A DNA stretch of 25,955 bases from Atopobiaceae bacterium (GTDB taxonomy: Bacteria > Actinomycetota > Coriobacteriia > Coriobacteriales > Atopobiaceae), in the NCBI GenBank assembly GCA_017460265.1, contig JAFUBJ010000117.1, forward strand, positions 1 through 25,955, read 5' to 3'. How positions within the stretch are numbered: the stretch's first letter is position 1; the number at the start of each line of letters is the position of its first letter. The notes beneath the pieces are model-generated. The model made no database searches, was not told the origin of the DNA, and saw only the letters and a program-made list of their open reading frames with translations. Shown here piece by piece: positions 1-7,222 of the stretch. The position numbers were made by a program, and so were the translations under genes.

Positions 1-57
1 CTCGCGTTCATGGCGATGATGGCGGCGCTCGTGCTGGCCTGGAAGGCAATGGGGTGA
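1..57 (+). CDS. 3' end of a small hydrophobic protein (partial)
   Basis: Frame 1 reads LAFMAMMAALVLAWKAMG*; TGA 55-57 overlaps the next ATG (TGATG). Confidence 0.5.
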   Translation, partial: LAFMAMMAALVLAWKAMG

Positions 58-281
58 TGCGGATGCGCAGGGCGATCATGGCCGCGCTCCTGGCGCTGGC
101 CCTGTCTGGGTGCGCCCCGGCATACGCCGACACGACGCCGGGGCCGTCGCACGACAGCCTGGGCGTGACGTGGACGCATGACGGGGAGGCCATCCGCTGG
201 TACGTGTTCGAGGATCCCGATACCGGAATCCAGTACCTGGTCAACGACAGGGGAGGGGTGGTGCCGCGTGGCCGAGGATGA
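57..281 (+). CDS. Small predicted lipoprotein, DUF6440-like
   Basis: MRMRR basic N-region, hydrophobic core and lipobox LSGC; C-terminal EDPDTGIQYLVNDRGGVVP resembles the DUF6440 pattern (from memory). Confidence 0.6.
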   Translation: MRMRRAIMAALLALALSGCAPAYADTTPGPSHDSLGVTWTHDGEAIRWYVFEDPDTGIQYLVNDRGGVVPRGRG

Positions 282-411
282 CATTCCGCACTGGGACGAC
301 CCCGACTGGTACGAAGAGCCGCCCGAGCAGCCCGCGTTCGTGGGCAGCGACGGCGAGGGCTACGACTACGACCCCAACGAGCTGTACGACCGCATGAGGG
401 AGGACTCATGA
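268..411 (+). CDS. Small acidic hypothetical protein (47 aa)
   Basis: GTG 268 after GGGAGGGG (251-258); stop overlaps the next ATG (ATGA 408-411). Confidence 0.55.
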   Translation: MAEDDIPHWDDPDWYEEPPEQPAFVGSDGEGYDYDPNELYDRMREDS

Positions 412-926
412 GCGAGAACGAGGACTTTTACGATATGAGCCTCGGCGAGGCCGTGAAGACCGTGAAGCGCGCGATGGGCGAGATGCGGGGCATGGCCAAC
501 GAGCTGAGCCAGGCGCGTGCGTCGCGCGACCACTGGCGCGAGAAATGCGAGGGACTTGAATCCGAGATGGTGCAGGCGGACATGGAGCTTGCCGAGTGCT
601 ACGCCAGGCTCCCAGTGGACGCGGAGGGCGTGGTCATACACCTGGGAGACGAGCTTGACGTCGGCACGGTGCAGCGCATCGTCCTCTGCGACGAAAGCTG
701 GGATGACTACGTGCTCACCTCGAGGTGGAACGACAACGTCCTCACGGAGAGCTTCTGCCACGAGGTGTCACATGCCGAGGAGCGCGAGGAGCGCACCTTG
801 GAGGATGTGCTTCGCGGATTGGTCGAGGCGGCCGAGAATCCGGAGGGCGGAAGGCTCGACAACGGCGACATAGATGGCTTCGCCGACGAGATACGCGACC
901 TGCTGGGGGTGGACGATGGAGCTTAG
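408..926 (+). CDS. Hypothetical phage protein (N-terminal coiled coil; LPVDAEGVVIHLGD motif)
   Basis: 172-aa ORF with GGAGG-type RBS, coupled to neighbours. Confidence 0.75.
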   Translation: MSENEDFYDMSLGEAVKTVKRAMGEMRGMANELSQARASRDHWREKCEGLESEMVQADMELAECYARLPVDAEGVVIHLGDELDVGTVQRIVLCDESWDDYVLTSRWNDNVLTESFCHEVSHAEEREERTLEDVLRGLVEAAENPEGGRLDNGDIDGFADEIRDLLGVDDGA

Positions 927-1374
927 GCCATGCCCCTTCTGCGGGGAGCCACTACGCCACAAAGAAGACCAATTCGGGCTGCAAATCTGCGAGACGGCGA
1001 AGAGTGGGCCGAGGTTTTCGGTGGCGTGCTATCGCTGCGGATGCCGGACGGGCTTCCACGAAACACAAGTCGAGGCAATCGAAGCCTGGAACACCCGAGC
1101 CGTCGAGCAGCCCATCCTCGAGGCCATCGACAGGCTGAGGCGGAAGCTGTCCGGCTACCACGGCCAACTGAAGGCTCACAAAGACTTGGCAGCTCATGCC
1201 GACAACCAGCGCCGTCGCATCGGTGAGCTGGAAGCGCTATACGCCGGGGTCAAGGCCGAGAACGCCAAGCTGCGTGAGCTGGTGCGGGACATGGTCGTAT
1301 GGGCGTACATCGACAGCCAGTGCGACCTAGATGACGAGTTCGCCGAGCGCATGCGAGAGCTAGGGGTGGAGTGA
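916..1374 (+). CDS. lar: Lar-family restriction alleviation zinc-ribbon protein with C-terminal coiled coil
   Basis: MELRPCPFCGE...VACYRCGC...EAIEAWNTRA is the Lar signature; ATG 916. Confidence 0.75.
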   Translation: MELRPCPFCGEPLRHKEDQFGLQICETAKSGPRFSVACYRCGCRTGFHETQVEAIEAWNTRAVEQPILEAIDRLRRKLSGYHGQLKAHKDLAAHADNQRRRIGELEALYAGVKAENAKLRELVRDMVVWAYIDSQCDLDDEFAERMRELGVE

Positions 1375-1643
1375 TGACGGAGCATGACGGAGTAATGACG
1401 GAGCTGCTGCCCTGCCCCTTCTGCGGGGGCGATAGCGAGATGAGCTGGCGGTATCGACTGCCTGGTTATCGACTGCCTGGTGAAGGCACTCGCTACTGGG
1501 TGCGATGCTGCGCATGCAATGCGACGACCACCGCGTATGACGATGAAGCCGAGGCCATCCGAGCCTGGAACACCAGAGCCGACTACGACCGAGGCTACCG
1601 AGACGGAATTATGGTATGGAGTCGATATGAGCGCGACAGATGA
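1374..1643 (+). CDS. lar: Second Lar-family protein
   Basis: ELLPCPFCGG...VRCCACNA...EAIRAWNTRA; start by TGATG coupling at 1372-1376 (alternative in-frame ATG 1395). Confidence 0.75.
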   Translation: MTEHDGVMTELLPCPFCGGDSEMSWRYRLPGYRLPGEGTRYWVRCCACNATTTAYDDEAEAIRAWNTRADYDRGYRDGIMVWSRYERDR

Positions 1644-1980
1644 GCTGCGCCACCTGCTGGGCGAGCGCGGGGTGGAGTGGTGGAACGATACCGACCCAGA
1701 GCCGCAACATGAGACGGTTGTTCACTTCGAGGATAGAATCATCATCTTCCACGAGAACGTGAACGGTACCGTTGGCTATCACGCCTACAACACGCACGAC
1801 CTCACCCCCGAGCAGGCCATCGCCGCCACGCTGGGGAGGGGGACGTGCTCCTTCGTGGAGAAGTACAGGAACGGATGCAAGGTCGGGAACGTGTGCTCGC
1901 GATGTGGGATGCCCGCGACGCTGCATGAGCACATCGATTGGAGCTACTGCCCCAACTGTGGAGCAAAGGTGGAGTCATGA
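1627..1980 (+). CDS. Zinc-ribbon protein
   Basis: MSATDELRHLLGERGVEW...CSRCG...YCPNCGAKV; ATG 1627. Confidence 0.7.
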   Translation: MSATDELRHLLGERGVEWWNDTDPEPQHETVVHFEDRIIIFHENVNGTVGYHAYNTHDLTPEQAIAATLGRGTCSFVEKYRNGCKVGNVCSRCGMPATLHEHIDWSYCPNCGAKVES

Positions 1981-2237
1981 GCTGGTCACCAGAGTTGCCA
2001 ATCGGCGGGCTGCGCCCCTGGCCCGATAGCGTCCATGTGGTGAGGGGCAAGACGGACGAGACGAGGCGCTACGTTCCCGAGATGACGTGCCGTATGGAGC
2101 GGGTCGAGGACGAGGAGCGCATCCTGCACGGCTGGCTTGAGTGCAGCGAGTGCGGCCCCGTCTACCCGCCAGCGGCAGATGCCATCCAGGATGCCGTCAA
2201 GTGGTGCCCATTCTGCGGCAGGAAGGTGGTGGGGTAG
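1977..2237 (+). CDS. Zinc-ribbon protein
   Basis: ATGA-coupled start; CSECG...WCPFCGRKV. Confidence 0.7.
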   Translation: MSWSPELPIGGLRPWPDSVHVVRGKTDETRRYVPEMTCRMERVEDEERILHGWLECSECGPVYPPAADAIQDAVKWCPFCGRKVVG

Positions 2238-2516
2238 ATGATGGTCTACCTGGTGCGCAGCTTCTGGGGAGCGTATTCGGATGCTGGAGAGAGCATAGAG
2301 GCTGCATTCGCAAGGCGCGCGAGCGCCGTCGAGTGGGTCAAGTCGCAGACCTGCGCGGTCTACGAGGACAGCGGCGAGGTCTACGCTGCATACGGCTGCG
2401 AAGAGGGCATCTACGAGATCCACCCGACGAGGCATGGCTATCGGTGGCAGTTCGACTGCCATGCGAACCTGGATACGCCGACCTACGAGATCTTGGGGAT
2501 GGGGGTGGTGGAGTAG
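2238..2516 (+). CDS. Hypothetical phage protein (92 aa)
   Basis: ATG directly after the upstream TAG; MMVYLV...IEAAFARRASAVEWV small-phage-protein pattern. Confidence 0.65.
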   Translation: MMVYLVRSFWGAYSDAGESIEAAFARRASAVEWVKSQTCAVYEDSGEVYAAYGCEEGIYEIHPTRHGYRWQFDCHANLDTPTYEILGMGVVE

Positions 2517-2735
2517 ATGGGCTGGAAGGACATCCCGGGGCGCCCCGTCTGCCGCTGCTGCTTCCTGGAGTGCCCGGCCATCAGGACGGCGGGGAAGTGG
2601 CTGTTCCCGTGCCCCAAGGGGCTCCGCGACTTCGCCGACAGGAACCGGGGAGGGCGCGGCTGTGCCCGCGATGGCGGCTCGAGTCCGTCTGCCTGCGGCG
2701 ATGATGCTAACATTGACCCTATGGTCGAGGGTTAG
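2517..2735 (+). CDS. Small Cys-rich hypothetical protein
   Basis: ATG directly after the upstream TAG; CRCCFLECP...FPCPKG. Confidence 0.5.
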   Translation: MGWKDIPGRPVCRCCFLECPAIRTAGKWLFPCPKGLRDFADRNRGGRGCARDGGSSPSACGDDANIDPMVEG

Positions 2736-2737
2736 GA

Positions 2738-3238
2738 TTGCCCATGGTGCCCATCTTCACGTCTGCCGCAGACCTGTTCGAGGCGACTCGCGACGCCGTG
2801 CGCGAGCGCGACCGCTCCCTGCGCATGCTGAGGAGCCTCGAGCAGCGCGACCTGGGCGCCCATGGCGGCTCGATAGCCGGTGGCGGCGTCTCGGGCGGCG
2901 CCCGCGACGTGCGCGCCCTCACCGACGCCAGGCTCGACCACGAGTCGAGGCTCCACCGCTCCATCTCCGAGTGCGACGAGCTCGTCGACTACGCCTGCGC
3001 GGTGCTCTACGGCGCCGACCAGACGGGCGAGTCGGGCGGGCTCTACGTCCTTATCGACCATGCGGCGGCAGACGTGCTGTGCCTGCACTACTGCCAGGAC
3101 ATGACGTGGGACGCCACGGCCATGGCGCTCGGGCTGAACCGGCGAGATTGCTTCAGGGCGAGGCTGAGGGCTCTCGAGTACATCGACAGCCACGGGGTGG
3201 CCGCCGTGATAGCCGGGGACGGCGGGGCCGCCGCCTAG
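2738..3238 (+). CDS. Probable late-gene transcriptional activator (RinA/ArpU-like position, C-terminal HTH)
   Basis: Last gene before the packaging module; C-terminal ADVLCLHYCQDMTWDATAMALGLNRRDCFRARLRAL resembles a sigma70-region-4-like HTH. TTG 2738 or ATG 2744 start. Confidence 0.65.
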   Translation: MPMVPIFTSAADLFEATRDAVRERDRSLRMLRSLEQRDLGAHGGSIAGGGVSGGARDVRALTDARLDHESRLHRSISECDELVDYACAVLYGADQTGESGGLYVLIDHAAADVLCLHYCQDMTWDATAMALGLNRRDCFRARLRALEYIDSHGVAAVIAGDGGAAA

Positions 3239-3246
3239 CCTGGGAC

Positions 3247-3313
3247 TTGGCACTACTTGGCACGGTTTGGCACTACTTGGCACGGTTTGGCACTACTTGG
3301 CACGGTTTGGCAC
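3247..3313 (+). repeat. Seven TTGGCAC heptamers at exact 10-bp period (20-bp unit CACTACTTGGCACGGTTTGG x3)
   Basis: Copies start at 3247, 3257, 3267, 3277, 3287, 3297 and 3307; 3-bp spacers alternate TAC/GGT. Confidence 0.97.
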
Positions 3314-3340
3314 GCTCTTTTCGTGATATGTGTTATGCGT
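3307..3340 (+). promoter_or_regulatory. Candidate activator-dependent late promoter
   Basis: Last TTGGCA resembles a -35; two imperfect extended -10 motifs (TGnTATG at 3324 and 3331) lie in an AT-rich patch upstream of the packaging operon. Confidence 0.45.
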
Positions 3341-3354
3341 CGGAAGACGCGATG

Positions 3355-3380
3355 GGGCCCCAGCGATGGGGCCCTTCTTC
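3355..3380 (+). terminator. GGGCCCC-AGCGAT-GGGGCCC hairpin plus TTCTTC (weak terminator/attenuator-like)
   Basis: 7-bp GC stem followed by a short pyrimidine tract. Confidence 0.4.
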
Positions 3381-3398
3381 ATGCCGATGGGAGGCTCC

Positions 3399-3626
3399 AT
3401 GACAATCCAGCAGCTCGCAGACATCGCATCGCGCTACCTCACCGCCATGGCGGGCGCCATGATCGCGGCGTGCGTGGCGCGCTCGCTCGAGACGGGGGAG
3501 CCTCTCTCCATCCCGGAGCGCGGCCGCAAGGCGCCCGCATTCCGGGCGGCATACGCCGACCCGACCCACGACGAGTGGGACAGGATGATGCGCTCCAACT
3601 CCGACAGCCTCGCGCTGCACATGTGA
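3399..3626 (+). CDS. Hypothetical protein (75 aa), first gene of the late operon
   Basis: GGGAGG RBS just upstream of ATG 3399; abuts the HNH start. Confidence 0.65.
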   Translation: MTIQQLADIASRYLTAMAGAMIAACVARSLETGEPLSIPERGRKAPAFRAAYADPTHDEWDRMMRSNSDSLALHM

Positions 3627-3627
3627 C

Positions 3628-3975
3628 GTGCCGTCGAGCAACCCGCGCTATCGCGACTGGAGGGGGAGGGAGCGCGCCCGGCGCATCGTGCTGTCGCGCG
3701 TCATGTCCGGCGAGCCCTGCCACATCTGCGGCAGGCCGATAGACCTATCGCTGCCCCGCTCCTACGTGGACCCTGCGGACGGCAGGCGAAAGCCAGCCCC
3801 CTGGTCCCTGGAGGTGGACGAGATCGTGCCCGTCAGCCTCGGCGGCAGCCCGACAGACCCCGCCAACGTCGCGCCGGCTCACAGGATCTGCAATCAAAGG
3901 CGCGGTAACCGCCCGCTGGGCAGCCCTCCCGCCTCCCGCCCCTCGGCGGAGGGCAGGACGAGCCGGGACTGGTGA
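3628..3975 (+). CDS. Terminase-associated HNH endonuclease (DE variant)
   Basis: CHICG...EVDEIVPVSLGGSPTDPANVAPAHRICNQRRGN; located immediately before terS, as for HK97 gp74. Confidence 0.85.
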   Translation: MPSSNPRYRDWRGRERARRIVLSRVMSGEPCHICGRPIDLSLPRSYVDPADGRRKPAPWSLEVDEIVPVSLGGSPTDPANVAPAHRICNQRRGNRPLGSPPASRPSAEGRTSRDW

Positions 3976-4028
3976 GCCCCAGGGGTCATCCCCTCCCCAG
4001 GGGTGGATCCTGCCCCCGGCGGCATAGC

Positions 4029-4053
4029 AACATCCGCGCGCGGATGTTTTTTT
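4029..4053 (+). terminator. Perfect 20-bp palindrome AACATCCGCGCGCGGATGTT with T7 run (terminator-like or packaging-site element)
   Basis: Palindrome 4029-4048; T run 4047-4053; directly before the terS RBS. Confidence 0.6.
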
Positions 4054-4066
4054 CCAAGGAGGGAAG

Positions 4067-4297
4067 ATGGCGTCAGTGACCGAAGCCGCTGCCTCCGGCA
4101 ACAGGCTTGACACCCTCGTGGCCCTGCGCGACTCCATAGCCAGGGCAATCGACTCAGAGCCGAGCGGCCGCGACGTTGCCGCTCTCTCCAAGCGGCTCAT
4201 GGAGGTCATGGACGAGATAGAGGCGCTGCCTGATGGCGAGCGCGCGCCCACGGCCTTCGAGGCTCTTCGGGCAGAGGCAAATGGCCGCGCATCCTAG
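4067..4297 (+). CDS. terS: Terminase small subunit
   Basis: Short helical actinophage-type TerS (RLDTLVALRDSIARAID...RDVAALSKRLMEVMDEIEAL); AAGGAGG RBS; overlaps terL. Confidence 0.8.
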   Translation: MASVTEAAASGNRLDTLVALRDSIARAIDSEPSGRDVAALSKRLMEVMDEIEALPDGERAPTAFEALRAEANGRAS

Positions 4298-5771
4298 GAG
4301 GGGCTCGCAGGAGCCCACGTTCCGCTGCGTCGGCGAGTACGACTCCAGCCTGGGGCCCAGGGTGGCCGACGTCTTCGAGGGGTGGGGCACTCGCTTCTAC
4401 CCCTGCCAGCGTGACGAGCTCGAGCTGCTCCTGGCCAGGCGCGCCGACGGGCGCTTTGCCGCCAAGACCATCTCCATCTCCAAGCCGAGGCAGAACGGGA
4501 AGAGCTTCGGCACGAGGAAGTACGCAATTTGGATGGCGGCGGGCGAGGGGGCCAACGTGCTCTACACCGCCCATCACGGCGATACGACCAAGAAGATGTT
4601 CAAGCTGGTGAAGAACGAGGTCGAGCGCACGCCGGAGTTGGCGGCGCTGCTGAGGCCCGGCGAGGGCATCTACAAGCAGCGCGGCGCCGAGGGCATCTAC
4701 TTCGTCGGCGCGGACGGTCGCTCAGAGGGCGGCTGCATCGAGTTCCAGACGAGGACCACGGGCGGCGCCCGCGGCGAGACGTACCAGATCATCGTCGTGG
4801 ACGAGGCACAGGAGCTGACCTATGACGAGTGGGACGCCGTGAAGCCCACCACGCTGGCATCGGGGGAGGTCGACTCCGACGATGCCGGACCTCAGATGAT
4901 CTACCTGGGAACGCCGCCTGGGCCCAAGTGCCCCGGCGACGTGTTCCGCGACATGCACGAGCGAGCGCACTCGGATGACCCAGGAGATGCCTGGTGGGTC
5001 GAGTGGGCTGCCGACGCGGTGCCTGACCTGGGCGACGTCGAGGAGACGCTCGAGCTCGCATATCGAACCAACCCTGCGATGGGGTACCGCATCCGCGAGG
5101 ACGTCATGCTGGACGCCATCGAGGGGTACCGGGCGAGGCCGGACAGCTATGCCAGGGAGTACCTGGGGTGGTGGAGCCCGCTGGCGTCCTTCAAGAGCGC
5201 CATCGACCCCGCCAGGTGGCGCGAGTGCGCCATCGACATGGCGGACGCGCCGCCCACTGGCAAGGTGGCCTACGGCATACGCTTCGACCCCTCCGGTACC
5301 AGGTGCGCCATAGCCGTGGCGACGGTCGCCGAGGACAGGCTGCCGCACGTCGAGCTGGTGAGCGACGAGAACATCACGGCCACCGGCACCGGCTGGGTGG
5401 CCGACTTCATCGTCGAGCGTCAGATGACGTCATCGATGTTCGCAATCGACGGGCGCGGCAACGCCGACGCCGTGGCCGCCGAGCTCAAGGCGCGCGGCGT
5501 CCAGCCGCGCTCGTTCGTCCGCTGCGGCACGCGCGAGGTCATAGCGGCCAGCTCGATGCTGGTGAACGCCGTGCGCGAGCTGGCGATAACGCACCTGGAC
5601 GACCCGGTTCTCCAGGAGAGCGCGGCGACCTCGGGGCGCAGGCCGATAGGCTCCGCCGGTGGCTTCGGCTTCGGCGGCGAGTACGCGGGCCCCGTCGAGG
5701 CGGCCTCGCTCGCCCTGTGGGCCGTGCGCACCAGCACCTACGACCCGACTAGGGAAGGAAGGATAGGATGA
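4281..5771 (+). CDS. terL: Terminase large subunit
   Basis: Walker A PRQNGKS, Walker B IIVVDEAQE, motif III YLGTPP; ATG 4281. Confidence 0.97.
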   Translation: MAAHPRRGSQEPTFRCVGEYDSSLGPRVADVFEGWGTRFYPCQRDELELLLARRADGRFAAKTISISKPRQNGKSFGTRKYAIWMAAGEGANVLYTAHHGDTTKKMFKLVKNEVERTPELAALLRPGEGIYKQRGAEGIYFVGADGRSEGGCIEFQTRTTGGARGETYQIIVVDEAQELTYDEWDAVKPTTLASGEVDSDDAGPQMIYLGTPPGPKCPGDVFRDMHERAHSDDPGDAWWVEWAADAVPDLGDVEETLELAYRTNPAMGYRIREDVMLDAIEGYRARPDSYAREYLGWWSPLASFKSAIDPARWRECAIDMADAPPTGKVAYGIRFDPSGTRCAIAVATVAEDRLPHVELVSDENITATGTGWVADFIVERQMTSSMFAIDGRGNADAVAAELKARGVQPRSFVRCGTREVIAASSMLVNAVRELAITHLDDPVLQESAATSGRRPIGSAGGFGFGGEYAGPVEAASLALWAVRTSTYDPTREGRIG

Positions 5772-7222
5772 CCGACGGACCAGGAGCATGGACCGTGGCC
5801 GAGCAGATCTCGGGCGGGATCTCCGGCATCAAGGACGCTGCCGGCATGGGCGCGGGCGTCAGGGAGTGGGCCGACAGGCTCGCCGACGAGTACGACGCCC
5901 ACGTCGCCCACAACGCGCTCGTCCGCAGGTACTTCGAGGGCAACGTCCGGGTCAAGGACTACGGCGCCGGCGCCGACACGCCATGCGACCAGACTTGCTA
6001 CTGGCCGGCCAAGGCCGTGGACGCCCTGGCGGAGCGCGTGCGCCTCAGGGGCTTCTCCTTCGACGACGGCGAGGCCGACCCCGACCTCGAGGCCGTCATG
6101 CGCAGGTGCGGCTTGGTCAACGCCTACAACCGATACGTGCCCGCCAAGTACGTGAACGGGTGCATGGCGGCCACGGTGACAACGGACGGCACCGGGGCGC
6201 GCGTGCGCTTCCACTCGGCCGACACGTTCACCGCGATACCCGACCCCGACTTCGGGCACGGCGTGGTGGCAGCCGGCCTGGCGATCGCCAGGCGCGAGAG
6301 GACGGCCTGGTCGCGCGAGCGCGAGGTGCCGACCATCGTGAACCTGCACCTGCCGGGCAACGTCGTGGAGTGCCGCCAGGTGGGCCCCGGCGAGTGGGTG
6401 GCGGAGGACGGCCCCAGCCGCGAGCCGGAGCCAACGCTCTACGTCTTCGCCCACAAGCCGATGGGGTCGTCCGCCCCCTTCGGGCGCACGCGCATCAACC
6501 GCTTCGTGCGCGACATCACCGACGACGCAATCCGCTGCCTGTGGCACATGCAGATCTCGGGCGCGTACTACTCGGTGCCCAAGCTGCTGTTCCTGAACCT
6601 GACGAGCCGCCAGTACGACGCGATGCTGGAGGGCAAGGACAAGTTCCAGCTGGACAAGGTGCTCCTGGCCGAGCAGAACCCGGACGGCTCCACCGCGCAG
6701 ATCTCGCAGCTGTCGGGCAACAGCCCGCAGCCCTTCATCGACGAGCTCATGGCGCTCGCCAAGCAGTTCTCCGGCATCACGAGCGTGCCGCTGAACAGCC
6801 TGGGCATCGTCCAGGACAACCCGTCCTCCGCCGAGGCCATCCAGGCCGCCCGCGAGGACATCTGCCTGGTGGCAGAGCAGGACATAGCGGATGACAGGGA
6901 GATCATCGAGCACGTGGCCCGCGTGGCCATGGCCGTGGAGGGAAACTCAACCGTGGCCGAGCTGGCGGGCTCGCAGCTCTCCTGCCACGCCAACTACCGC
7001 GAGCCGATGCTGCACAGCCGCTCCGAGATGGCCGACTGGGCCGTCAAGGTGGCCTCGATGCGCGAGGGCTTCGGCTCCACGGACTTCGCCGCGACGGCGG
7101 TCGGGATCCCCGACGCCGACCTGGCCAGCGTCAAGAGCGACGAGCGCCGCCAGAAGGCGGCATCCATAGCCTCGGGCATCTTCGGAGGTGCCAATGCAAA
7201 CGATCCCGGCCAGCTGGGTTAG
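5768..7222 (+). CDS. Portal protein (SPP1 gp6-like)
   Basis: 484 aa directly after terL; RYFEG, PFGRTRI, QLSGNSPQPFIDEL and QDNPSSAEAI motifs. Confidence 0.93.
   Translation: MTDGPGAWTVAEQISGGISGIKDAAGMGAGVREWADRLADEYDAHVAHNALVRRYFEGNVRVKDYGAGADTPCDQTCYWPAKAVDALAERVRLRGFSFDDGEADPDLEAVMRRCGLVNAYNRYVPAKYVNGCMAATVTTDGTGARVRFHSADTFTAIPDPDFGHGVVAAGLAIARRERTAWSREREVPTIVNLHLPGNVVECRQVGPGEWVAEDGPSREPEPTLYVFAHKPMGSSAPFGRTRINRFVRDITDDAIRCLWHMQISGAYYSVPKLLFLNLTSRQYDAMLEGKDKFQLDKVLLAEQNPDGSTAQISQLSGNSPQPFIDELMALAKQFSGITSVPLNSLGIVQDNPSSAEAIQAAREDICLVAEQDIADDREIIEHVARVAMAVEGNSTVAELAGSQLSCHANYREPMLHSRSEMADWAVKVASMREGFGSTDFAATAVGIPDADLASVKSDERRQKAASIASGIFGGANANDPGQLG

Noticed and set aside
2705-2735. TGCTAACAT extended -10-like motif and weak hairpin before the activator gene
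   Set aside because: Lies within a probable ORF, has no convincing -35, and is too weak to call.
3247-3313. Tandem repeats as a CRISPR array
   Set aside because: Units are 10/20 bp with 3-bp alternating spacers; no unique spacers and no cas genes.
5738-6913. Long minus-strand and alternate-frame ORFs (e.g. 5738-6913, 10411-11340, 14569-15615, 16192-17157, 23574-24509)
   Set aside because: Shadows of well-supported + strand genes, expected at high GC; no RBS or recognisable motifs.
4281-7222. Intein or intron in terL or portal
   Set aside because: Both have normal lengths and continuous motifs; no splicing signatures seen.
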